From Candidatus Eiseniibacteriota bacterium (lineage in GTDB: Bacteria; Eisenbacteria; RBG-16-71-46; CAVPCR01): DNA of 64,000 nt. Below, piece by piece: positions 8,374 to 16,634 of this stretch. The notes beneath the pieces were generated by a model. That model made no database searches, was not told where the DNA came from, and was given only the letters and a program-made list of their open reading frames with translations. A program made the translations under genes and the position numbers. The stretch is from assembly GCA_963823555.1 (NCBI GenBank), contig CAWGMA010000003.1, positions 512,001-576,000 of the forward strand, written 5' to 3'. Position 1 is the stretch's first letter. Every line of letters begins with the position of its first letter.

Positions 8374-10422
8374 ATGGGGTTCCGCGCCAAGACGGTGGCA
8401 GCCGTCGCCATCATGGTTCTCGCAACTGCTTCGCTCACCTTCGCTGCGCCGCGGGTCGTCCTGTTCGAGGATGCGACGAGCACGACCTGCCCGCCCTGCG
8501 GACCGACCAATCCGATCATCCATCAGATCGCCACCAACTATGGATCGCAGGTAGCCATGGTTGCCTGGCACTGCTGGTGGCCGGCGCCGGGTAACGATCC
8601 GTTCTATCTGCACAATCCTTCGCCCCAGCAGACCCGGATCAGCTACTACGGGATCAACTCCATCCCGGATTGCGTCATCGACGGGCTCACGCACGTCTAT
8701 CCATCGCCCTACTCGGCGATGGCCAACGTGATCAACAATCGGCTCGCCATTCCCAGCCCCCTCGCTTTCCAGAACATGTCGGGCCTCCTCCAGGGCTCCA
8801 ACATGAACCTCTCGTTCGACCTGAACGTGGAGACGCCGCAGGCCGGGACCAACTTCCGGCTGTTCGTCATCGCGACCGAGGAGGACATCCCCTACAACTG
8901 GCAGGGCCAGACCCACTGCTACGATGTCTTCCGCCAGACGAACGGCAACACCGGCGAGGTGATCGATCTGAGTGTCGGCGGCGTCCAGCACTTCAACCGC
9001 ACGCTGCCATTCAACGCCGCGTACAACCCGCTTGGCATGCACGCGGTCGTCTTCGTGCAGAACTACACCACCAAGGAGATCATCCAGGCCGGCGAGTTCC
9101 CGATCGCCGTTCCCTATCACTTCTCGGTGTCCTATGTCGGGGCGCCGGTGCAGATCGGGGCCAGCAATCAAGTGGTCAGTTACGGCGGGACCGTGCTCAA
9201 CGACGGCGGCAACCCCGATACTTACAACGTGAGCGTGAGCGGAGTGCCGGCCGGCTGGGCGTATTCCTACACCACGCCGGCGGGGACCTTCTCGGGTCCG
9301 AGCACGCTGCCGCTCAACTCGCAGGAGTCCGCAGCCATCAACCTGGATCTCGATTCACAGGGCAACTCGGGCTCGGCCACCGTGGAGATGACCTTCTCTT
9401 CACAGGCCGATCCGTTGCAGGTGCTGACCCTCGAGTTCCGCAAGATCAACGGGCTCACCGTGCTCCTTGTCGACGACGACAACGGCGAGACCCGCGAGTC
9501 CCGCTACGGGCCGAGCCTCGACGCGGCAGGTGTGGTCTGGGATCGCTGGGACATGGCCGCCTGGGGGACGCTGACCAGCCAGGATCTGCTCAATGCGGCT
9601 GACGCGGTGGTGTGGTTCTGCGGAGCGGGGACCATCGTTCCCTCCTTCACGGCGGACGAGCAGCAGGCGATCACGGACTTCCTGGCGGCGGGGGGCGATC
9701 TCTTCGTCAACGGATCCGACATCGGCTACATGCTCGCGGACGCCGGGAGCCCCTACTACACGGCGCAGTCGGCGGCCTGGTATGCAAGCACGTTCCGCGC
9801 GACCTACCAGACCAACTTCGTGTTCGGATCGACGATCAGCGGTATCGCCGGAGATCCGATCTCGGACGGCCTCGTGAACCTGACCCTGGACAACACGGTC
9901 TACACGCCGGGACTCCTCGACGGCGTCCAGGCGGCTGCCGGCGCCAACGAGGTGTGGACGTTCAACAACCAGACCTACAAGGCCGGGACCCGGTACGCCA
10001 ACGGGAACTCTCAGGTCGTGTACTTCTCGTTCCCGTTCGAGTGCCTGCCGCAGGCGAGCCAGCGTGATCTCGTGATGCAGCGGATCATCGATTACTTCGA
10101 GCTGTCGACGGCCGGTGTCGAGGATCCGTTGGCTGCGGCTCCGGTGCGGTCGAGCCTCGGGCAGAACGTGCCGAACCCGTTCAACCCGGTGACCGTGATC
10201 GACTATGCGCTGGCCCAGGCGGGCGACGTCAGCCTGCGCGTATACGATCTCAACGGTCGCATGGTGCGCGAGCTGGTGAACGGCCCACAGTCGGCGACCC
10301 GCTACCAGGTGGAGTGGGACGGCCGGGATGATGCCGGTCGTTCGCTCGCCAGCGGCGTCTACTTCTACCAGCTCAAGGGTCCGGGCATCCAGGAGACCCG
10401 GCGCATGGTGCTGGCCAAGTAG
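8374..10422 (+). CDS. Secreted Omp28-like thioredoxin-fold (CPPC) multidomain protein with FlgD-Ig/T9SS-like C-terminal domain
   Basis: AAGGAGG SD; signal peptide MGFRAKTVAAVAIMVLATASLTFA; VLFEDATSTTCPPC; YGINSIPDCVIDG; C-terminal PNPFNP..YDLNGR..WDGRDDAGRSLASGVYFY. Confidence 0.75.
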   Translation: MGFRAKTVAAVAIMVLATASLTFAAPRVVLFEDATSTTCPPCGPTNPIIHQIATNYGSQVAMVAWHCWWPAPGNDPFYLHNPSPQQTRISYYGINSIPDCVIDGLTHVYPSPYSAMANVINNRLAIPSPLAFQNMSGLLQGSNMNLSFDLNVETPQAGTNFRLFVIATEEDIPYNWQGQTHCYDVFRQTNGNTGEVIDLSVGGVQHFNRTLPFNAAYNPLGMHAVVFVQNYTTKEIIQAGEFPIAVPYHFSVSYVGAPVQIGASNQVVSYGGTVLNDGGNPDTYNVSVSGVPAGWAYSYTTPAGTFSGPSTLPLNSQESAAINLDLDSQGNSGSATVEMTFSSQADPLQVLTLEFRKINGLTVLLVDDDNGETRESRYGPSLDAAGVVWDRWDMAAWGTLTSQDLLNAADAVVWFCGAGTIVPSFTADEQQAITDFLAAGGDLFVNGSDIGYMLADAGSPYYTAQSAAWYASTFRATYQTNFVFGSTISGIAGDPISDGLVNLTLDNTVYTPGLLDGVQAAAGANEVWTFNNQTYKAGTRYANGNSQVVYFSFPFECLPQASQRDLVMQRIIDYFELSTAGVEDPLAAAPVRSSLGQNVPNPFNPVTVIDYALAQAGDVSLRVYDLNGRMVRELVNGPQSATRYQVEWDGRDDAGRSLASGVYFYQLKGPGIQETRRMVLAK

Positions 10423-10468
10423 TCACTCCGGAGTGATCGAGGGCGCTTCGGGCGCCCCGGGAAAACGC

Positions 10469-10510
10469 GGGGCCGTGCGATCGAGACATCGCACGGCCCC
10501 GCCCTTTGTG
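10469..10510 (+). terminator. Intrinsic terminator candidate
   Basis: Perfect 13-bp inverted repeat GGGGCCGTGCGAT/ATCGCACGGCCCC followed by GCCCTTTGT. Confidence 0.5.
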
Positions 10511-10602
10511 CCCCGGGCGCCACCCCGTATACTGACCCGATCCGGTCCCGGGATCGTTCATTCCCGGGGCCATCGGTCGCGGGCGACCGGAGGTGGTTCG
10601 TC

Positions 10603-12105
10603 ATGGCTTCAAGCGGCGCCAGGTCCAGAGCGAAGGGCGCGGCCAAGGTCATCTTCGTCTGCGCCGCCTGCGGCGGCGAGCGCCCGAAGTGGTTCGGACG
10701 CTGTCCCGAATGCGGGGCGTGGAACACGGCGAGCGAGGAGGTGCGGGCTCCGGTCGCGCGCGCCCCGCTATCGGGTGAGCCCTCGCCCGCCACGGCGGCG
10801 GTGCCGTTGCCGGCGGCCGGTGGGGAAGCAGGGGCGGATGATCGCCGCGCCTCGCGGCTCGCGACCGGCATCGGCGAGTTCGATCGCGTGCTCGGCGGCG
10901 GTCTCGTGCCCGGTGCCGTGACTCTCGTCGGCGGGGATCCCGGCATCGGCAAGTCGACGCTTCTCCTCCAGGCGATGGCGCACATGGCCCGCGCCGGTCA
11001 CCGCACGCTCTACGTGACCGGGGAGGAATCGGAGCGGCAGATCCGGCTCCGAGCCGAGCGCCTGGAAGCCGTGGAGCCGCTGGTCTTCGTCGTCGCCGAG
11101 ACCGAGATCGAGCGCGTGCGCGAGCACATCATGACCGTCGACCCCGCGGTCGTGGTCGCCGATTCCATCCAGACCCTCTACCGCGCCGATCTGCCGAGCG
11201 CGCCCGGCACCGTGAGCCAGGTGCGGGAATGTGCTTTCGAGCTCATCCGCATCGCCAAGGCGAGCGGACGTCCGATCTTCCTCATCGGGCATGTCACCAA
11301 GGAAGGCGATGTCGCCGGCCCGCGCGTGCTCGAGCACATGGTGGATGCCGTCCTCTATCTCGAGGGCGAGCGTTACCACGAGCTACGTGTGCTCCGCGCG
11401 CAGAAGAACCGCTTCGGCGCCACGACCGAGATCGGCCTCTTCGAGATGGCGGAGTCGGGCATGCGCGAGGTGGCGGATCCCTCCGGCGCGTTTCTCGCGG
11501 GGCGGGCCACCGGTGTGGCGGGGACCGCCGTCCTCGCGAGCCTCGAGGGCAACCGCGCGCTCCTCGTCGAGGTGCAGTCGCTCGTGGCGCGCGCGAGCTT
11601 CGACGGCGTCGAGCGCCAGTCAACGGGCATCGATCGGCGGCGGCTTGCGGTGCTCCTCGCCGTGCTCCAGCGCCGGGCGCGCGTGGCGCTCGGCAAGAGC
11701 GATGTCTTCGTCAGCGTTGCGGGCGGACTCCATCTCGAGGAGACCGCGAGCGATCTCGCGATCCTCCTTGCCATCGCCTCGGCGGCGACCGGAAAGCCGG
11801 TGCCGGCCGATCTCGTGGTGATGGGGGAGGTGGGGTTGGGAGGGGAGCTCCGTCGCGTGCGCGGCGGGGCGCGGCGCCTCGCCGAGGCCGCCCGCCTCGG
11901 CTTCACGCGAGCGATTGTCCCCGAGGCCAACGTCGCCGACGGGCGCGGCGTCGAGATCGAGGTCACCGGCGCGCGGGATCTCTCAAGCGCGCTCGTCGCG
12001 GCGCTGGGTGCGCAGGCGCTCACGGCCGCCCGACGCTCACGCGCAGCGAAGGACGATCAAGAGCGCGGAGCCCGGGCAATGCGTGACGGACGTCCGCCCG
12101 GCTAG
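10603..12105 (+). CDS. radA: DNA repair protein RadA/Sms
   Basis: C4 zinc finger CAAC..CPEC, GGDPGIGKSTLLLQ, KNRFG, GEVGLGGELR. Confidence 0.96.
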   Translation: MASSGARSRAKGAAKVIFVCAACGGERPKWFGRCPECGAWNTASEEVRAPVARAPLSGEPSPATAAVPLPAAGGEAGADDRRASRLATGIGEFDRVLGGGLVPGAVTLVGGDPGIGKSTLLLQAMAHMARAGHRTLYVTGEESERQIRLRAERLEAVEPLVFVVAETEIERVREHIMTVDPAVVVADSIQTLYRADLPSAPGTVSQVRECAFELIRIAKASGRPIFLIGHVTKEGDVAGPRVLEHMVDAVLYLEGERYHELRVLRAQKNRFGATTEIGLFEMAESGMREVADPSGAFLAGRATGVAGTAVLASLEGNRALLVEVQSLVARASFDGVERQSTGIDRRRLAVLLAVLQRRARVALGKSDVFVSVAGGLHLEETASDLAILLAIASAATGKPVPADLVVMGEVGLGGELRRVRGGARRLAEAARLGFTRAIVPEANVADGRGVEIEVTGARDLSSALVAALGAQALTAARRSRAAKDDQERGARAMRDGRPPG

Positions 12106-12920
12106 GCCATCGTCTGCCCGCCGCAGAGGTTCAAGGTCTGCCCGGTCATGCCGCTCGCCGCTTCGGAGCAGAGATAGAGGGCGAGCTCGGCGATCTCCTC
12201 GGGCTCGATCATGCGTCCGAGCGGTACGCCTTGCATCGCTCGCGCCAGGAACTCCTCGAACGTGATCCCGGCGGCCGCGGCCTGGGCGCTCATGCTCTGC
12301 TTGGCCATGGCGGTCGAGACCCATCCCGGAGCGATGGCGTTCACCGTGATCCGTTCCGGAGCGAGCTCGAGGGCGAGCGCTCGCGTGAAGCCGATGACGC
12401 CGTGTTTCGCCGCGCAGTAGGCGGCATACCCCGGCACGCCGAACCGGCCGAGCACCGAGGAAAGGTTGATGATCCGCCCGCCCGGTCCTGTCATATGACG
12501 GAGCGCGGCGCGGGTCATGTGCCAGACCGCGTCGAGATTGGCGGCCAGGATGTCGCGCCAGAGCCGATCGCGCTCGTCGGGACCGCCTGAGCTCGGTGTG
12601 GCACCCGCGTCGCGAAGCGGGGTGTAACCCGTGGCGCCGGCGTTGTTGACGAGGATGTCGATCGCTTGCCAGCGGCCGGTCACGGCGGACACGAAGCCGT
12701 GCACCTGGGCGGGATCACAGAGGTCGCAGGCATGCGCCATGGCCTCGCCGCCGTCCCGCTTGATCGCGTCTGCCGCGGCGTTGATCGGCTCCGCCTTCCG
12801 CCCGCAGATCGCAACCCGGGCGCCGGCGCGGGCGAAACGTGTGGCGATCGCGAGGCCGATGCCGCTGCCGCCGCCGGTGACGATGGCGACTCGAGCGCTG
12901 AGTTGAAGTTCTGGATTCAT
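12102..12920 (-). CDS. Short-chain dehydrogenase/reductase
   Basis: TGGGSGIG, NNAG, YCAAK catalytic motif. Confidence 0.92.
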   Translation of the reverse strand: MNPELQLSARVAIVTGGGSGIGLAIATRFARAGARVAICGRKAEPINAAADAIKRDGGEAMAHACDLCDPAQVHGFVSAVTGRWQAIDILVNNAGATGYTPLRDAGATPSSGGPDERDRLWRDILAANLDAVWHMTRAALRHMTGPGGRIINLSSVLGRFGVPGYAAYCAAKHGVIGFTRALALELAPERITVNAIAPGWVSTAMAKQSMSAQAAAAGITFEEFLARAMQGVPLGRMIEPEEIAELALYLCSEAASGMTGQTLNLCGGQTMA

Positions 12921-12931
12921 GGCCGGCGAGT

Positions 12932-14116
12932 CTAGCGGAGCCTACCCCCGCCCGCCAGCTCGAGGACCGCATCCACGAGCCGCGCCCACGAGGTCTCGGC
13001 GCGGCGCGCCGCGATCGCCTGAGCCATCGCCTTCCGATCGGCCTCCCGGAAGAAGCGGTCGATGGCCGCCGCCAGTGCCGCCGGATCGCCGGGGGGCACC
13101 AGGTATCCGGTCCGCCCGTCATCGACGAACTCCGGCAGACCCCCGACGTTGGTCGTGACCACGGGCCGGTCGTAGCGATAGGCGATCTGGACGATGCCGC
13201 TCTGCGTGGCCGAGAGATAGGGCAGGACGACCACGTCGGCGGCGATGAAGGTGCGCGGCACGTCCTCGTTGGGGGTGTATCCGGCGACGATGGTCACGCG
13301 ATCGGCGATCCCGAGCTCCGCGATGCGCTCCCGGTAGGGAGCCTGATCTTCGTAGAAATCGCCGACCACGAGGACTCGGAAGTCCTCACCGAGGAGCGCG
13401 CGGAGACGCGGCACCGCCTCGAGGAGCACCATGAGCCCCTTGTAGGCCTTGATGAAGCCGAAGAAGAGAATGACGCGGCTCTCCTTGATCCCGAGCTCGC
13501 CGCGTGCCGTCTCCTGATCCGGAGGCGGCTCGGCCGTGAAATCGTAGGTCGGATGCGGCACCAGCCGCACGCGATCCGGAGCCGTGCGCGGGAGGAGGGT
13601 GAAGAGTTCCGCCTCCACCGCCTTGGACTGCGCGATGTAGGCATCCATCTCGCCGAGACCAAGGCGCGTGATGAAGCGGCCCAGCGGCCATTTCTCGTGC
13701 GGGATGACGTTGTCGAGGATGGCGATCACGCGCACCCCGAAGAGCCGGCGCAGGAGCCAGGTCACGGCGAAGTACCCCGGGCCGAAGAAGGGCACCCACC
13801 ACTTGAGGACGAGCGCCCGAGCACCGCTCTGCTTCACCGCCCGCGCTGTCCGCCACCACGACCACGGATTCCAGGGCACGAACAGGGGCTCGTTGGGGAC
13901 CGGGATCGTCGCCGTCCCCGCCTCACGCTGGTCGCTCGCCGGGAAGCGGAGCTTGCGCACGACGGGCCAGTCCGGGACCCGCTCCGGATATTGCTTCCGG
14001 AAGCCGATGAACGAAACCTCGTGTCCGGCGCGCTCGAGCTCGCGATGGAGGAGCGCGAGGTAATACGCGATCCCGCCGCGCAGGGGATGAGCCGGGCCGA
14101 GAAGCGCGATCTTCAC
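12932..14116 (-). CDS. Glycosyltransferase family 4
   Basis: HPLRGGI, FFGFIKAYKGL, VLPYLSATQSG, TNVGGLPE. Confidence 0.9.
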   Translation of the reverse strand: MKIALLGPAHPLRGGIAYYLALLHRELERAGHEVSFIGFRKQYPERVPDWPVVRKLRFPASDQREAGTATIPVPNEPLFVPWNPWSWWRTARAVKQSGARALVLKWWVPFFGPGYFAVTWLLRRLFGVRVIAILDNVIPHEKWPLGRFITRLGLGEMDAYIAQSKAVEAELFTLLPRTAPDRVRLVPHPTYDFTAEPPPDQETARGELGIKESRVILFFGFIKAYKGLMVLLEAVPRLRALLGEDFRVLVVGDFYEDQAPYRERIAELGIADRVTIVAGYTPNEDVPRTFIAADVVVLPYLSATQSGIVQIAYRYDRPVVTTNVGGLPEFVDDGRTGYLVPPGDPAALAAAIDRFFREADRKAMAQAIAARRAETSWARLVDAVLELAGGGRLR

Positions 14117-14126
14117 GGCGCCGATC

Positions 14127-15209
14127 TCATGCCGGTGGGGTGGCCGGTTTCAGGTGCCGCAAGCAAGCGGCCAGCACCCGCGGTACCTCGATCGCACGCA
14201 TGCACTCCCTGGGACACACGGGCTGGTAGTAGCAGTCGCAGGGGATCGAGGGCTCGAGGATCTCGCCGCGGTCGTAGAGCTCGAACTCGTGGCGATTGAA
14301 GATGTTGTTGAAGAGGATGAGGGGTTTCTTGAGCCCGATCGCGATATGCATCGCCATCGTCACGGCGGAGACGACCAGATCGGTCTGATCCACGAGGTCG
14401 ATGAACGTGGCGAGCGGGAAGTGCCCGGCGTACTCGGCGCCGCTCGCGGCCGCCAGCCGCCGGTTCTTCTCATCTTCGGCTGCTCCGCCCAGGAGGAGGA
14501 CGCCGAAGCCACGCTCCGCGAGCGCGCGAGCCAGCTCGATCCAGGATTCCTCCGGCCACAGGCGAGAGACCCAGCGCCCCCCGCAGCCGGTGTTGAGCCC
14601 GACCCGCGGGCGCAGCGAGGAGAGCGTCCATGCCTCGGCGGCCGGTCGGTCGAGGATGTACTCCTCGCCCCGCCAGCGCCGGCCGCTCGTGGCGAAGATC
14701 TCCTCGACATAGCTCAGACGGTTCGCCTTGCTCGCGTCGTCGAAGATGCCGGTCACGAACTTGGGCTCGGCATCCACGTCGGCGGGGGCCGGCACGCCGC
14801 CCTTGAGGACAAATCCCTTCCGCCGGCGCGCCTGGAGGCGCGTGGCCAGGGCGCAGGCTTCCGGATCCTTGTCGAGGTTCAGGACGAGATCGTACTCGGT
14901 GGCGAGGAGGCGGGTCACCGCGGCGAGATCGAAGGGGAGGACCAGGTCCACCGCCGAGCGCGGCACGACCTCGGGCGAGTGAGTGAGCCAGGTCACATGA
15001 GCGCGCGGAAAGTCGCGCCGGAGGCCGGTGAGGAGCGGTGTTGTGCGGATGACATCGCCGATCGCACCGAGCTTGATGATGAGAATGCGCGTATCGACCG
15101 GATCGTAGTGATCACAGTCGGTGCAGTGCACACCCTCCCGCTTGTGCGGCGCACAGGGGATGTCCCCCCGGAAGTGACGGCAGTCGGCTTTCCACGGTCG
15201 CTCGCTCAT
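14127..15209 (-). CDS. Glycosyltransferase family 9 (LPS heptosyltransferase-like) with Cys-rich termini
   Basis: ILIIKLGAIGDVIRTTPLL, VTWLT, RLWPEESWIELA, SAVTMAMHIAIGLKKP; start MSERPW at ATG15209. Confidence 0.85.
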   Translation of the reverse strand: MSERPWKADCRHFRGDIPCAPHKREGVHCTDCDHYDPVDTRILIIKLGAIGDVIRTTPLLTGLRRDFPRAHVTWLTHSPEVVPRSAVDLVLPFDLAAVTRLLATEYDLVLNLDKDPEACALATRLQARRRKGFVLKGGVPAPADVDAEPKFVTGIFDDASKANRLSYVEEIFATSGRRWRGEEYILDRPAAEAWTLSSLRPRVGLNTGCGGRWVSRLWPEESWIELARALAERGFGVLLLGGAAEDEKNRRLAAASGAEYAGHFPLATFIDLVDQTDLVVSAVTMAMHIAIGLKKPLILFNNIFNRHEFELYDRGEILEPSIPCDCYYQPVCPRECMRAIEVPRVLAACLRHLKPATPPA

Positions 15210-15365
15210 TGCCGATCTCGAACCCCCTTGCGGAAAAGCAGAGGCCGGTCGGATAATGGCCTTTCGGTGCGCGAGCGGCAACGGCAAACCGCGGTGGTTC
15301 GAGACGGTTGCCGTCGCTGCCGGAGCAAGACGGTTCGCGATGGCGACGGGGTCGACGGGGAGAAC

Positions 15366-16070
15366 ATGCGCCAGGCACTCATCGTGGTAGCCGCAGGTGG
15401 CGGCCAACGGCTCGGCGGGGCCATCGAGAAGCCCTACATCGATCTCGAAGGACGGCCGCTGGTCTGGCATTGCTTGAAGACGCTCGACGTGCCCAATCTC
15501 TTCGACGAGCGGATCGTGGTCGTCGCCCCGCAGTCCGAAAGCCGCTTTCGCGAGGAGGTCCTGGCGCGCCACCCGCTTGAGTACCCGGTGCGGCTGGTCC
15601 CGGGCGGGGAGACTCGCCAGGAATCGGTCTGCCGCGGACTCGAAGCCGTTGGCGAGGACATCGACCTCGTTGCCATTCATGATGGGGCTCGCCCCCTCAT
15701 CGACGAGGATACGGTGCGCGCCACATTCAGCGCCTGCCAGGGCGTGGACGGCGCCTTCGTCGCCCTCCCGGTGCAGGATGCCCTGAAGCGCGTCGAGGGG
15801 GATCTCGTTGTCGAGGACATCGCGCGCACCGGCGTGTGGCGGGCCCAGACTCCCCAGACGTTCTGGACCAAGGTCATCCGCGCGGCCCACGAGGCGGCGC
15901 GCACCGATGGCTTCGAGGCGCTCGACGACGTTTCGCTCGTCACCCGCCAGGGGGGCCGGGTGCGCGTGATTCAAGGCACCAAGATCAACCTGAAGATCAC
16001 GCTGCCCGAGGACGTGAAGCTGGCGGCCGCGCTCCTGCGCGAACGCCAGGCCTCACACCACGAGGCCTGA
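15366..16070 (+). CDS. ispD: 2-C-methyl-D-erythritol 4-phosphate cytidylyltransferase
   Basis: AAGGGQRLG, GGETRQESV, IHDGARP, AQTPQ, NLKITLPED. Confidence 0.94.
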   Translation: MRQALIVVAAGGGQRLGGAIEKPYIDLEGRPLVWHCLKTLDVPNLFDERIVVVAPQSESRFREEVLARHPLEYPVRLVPGGETRQESVCRGLEAVGEDIDLVAIHDGARPLIDEDTVRATFSACQGVDGAFVALPVQDALKRVEGDLVVEDIARTGVWRAQTPQTFWTKVIRAAHEAARTDGFEALDDVSLVTRQGGRVRVIQGTKINLKITLPEDVKLAAALLRERQASHHEA

Positions 16071-16133
16071 TCGGGGAAGGGGGCGCGAGCGCCCCGGGAG
16101 GCCCGTACCCCGGGCCCCAGCGAAGGAGGGGCG

Positions 16134-16634
16134 ATGGACTGGCTCATCCGTTCCGGTACCGGTTACGACATCCATCGCCTGGTCCCCGGTCGCCGCTTGA
16201 TCCTCGGCGGGGTCGAGATCCCGCATCCGGCGGGACTCCTCGGTCACTCCGATGCCGATGTCGCCGCTCATGCCATTGCCTCCGCCCTCCTCGGTGCCCT
16301 CGCCCTGGGTGATCTCGGCCACCATTATCCTCCGGCCGACCCGCGCTATGCGGGCATGTCCAGTCTCACTCTCCTCGCCGAGATCGCGGCCATGGTCGCC
16401 GGCCATCATGCCGAGATCATGAACATCGATGTGACGGTGGTCGCCGAGGCGCCGCGGTTGGCCCCCCACACCGGCGCCATGCGCGAGCGAGTCGCCGGCG
16501 CCCTCGGCACGAGCATCGAGCGCGTCTCGTTCAAGGCGACCACGAACGAAGGACTCGATGCCGTGGGCCGCGGTGAAGCGATGGCGGCGCACGCCATCGT
16601 CACCGTGCGCGTGCCGGCGAGCCTGTCCGCCTAG
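16134..16634 (+). CDS. ispF: 2-C-methyl-D-erythritol 2,4-cyclodiphosphate synthase
   Basis: GYDIHRL, LGHSDADV, GDLGHHYP, KATTNEGL. Confidence 0.95.
   Translation: MDWLIRSGTGYDIHRLVPGRRLILGGVEIPHPAGLLGHSDADVAAHAIASALLGALALGDLGHHYPPADPRYAGMSSLTLLAEIAAMVAGHHAEIMNIDVTVVAEAPRLAPHTGAMRERVAGALGTSIERVSFKATTNEGLDAVGRGEAMAAHAIVTVRVPASLSA

Noticed and set aside
8470..8510. Selenocysteine in the Omp28-like redox motif
   Set aside because: Both Cys codons are TGC; there is no in-frame TGA.
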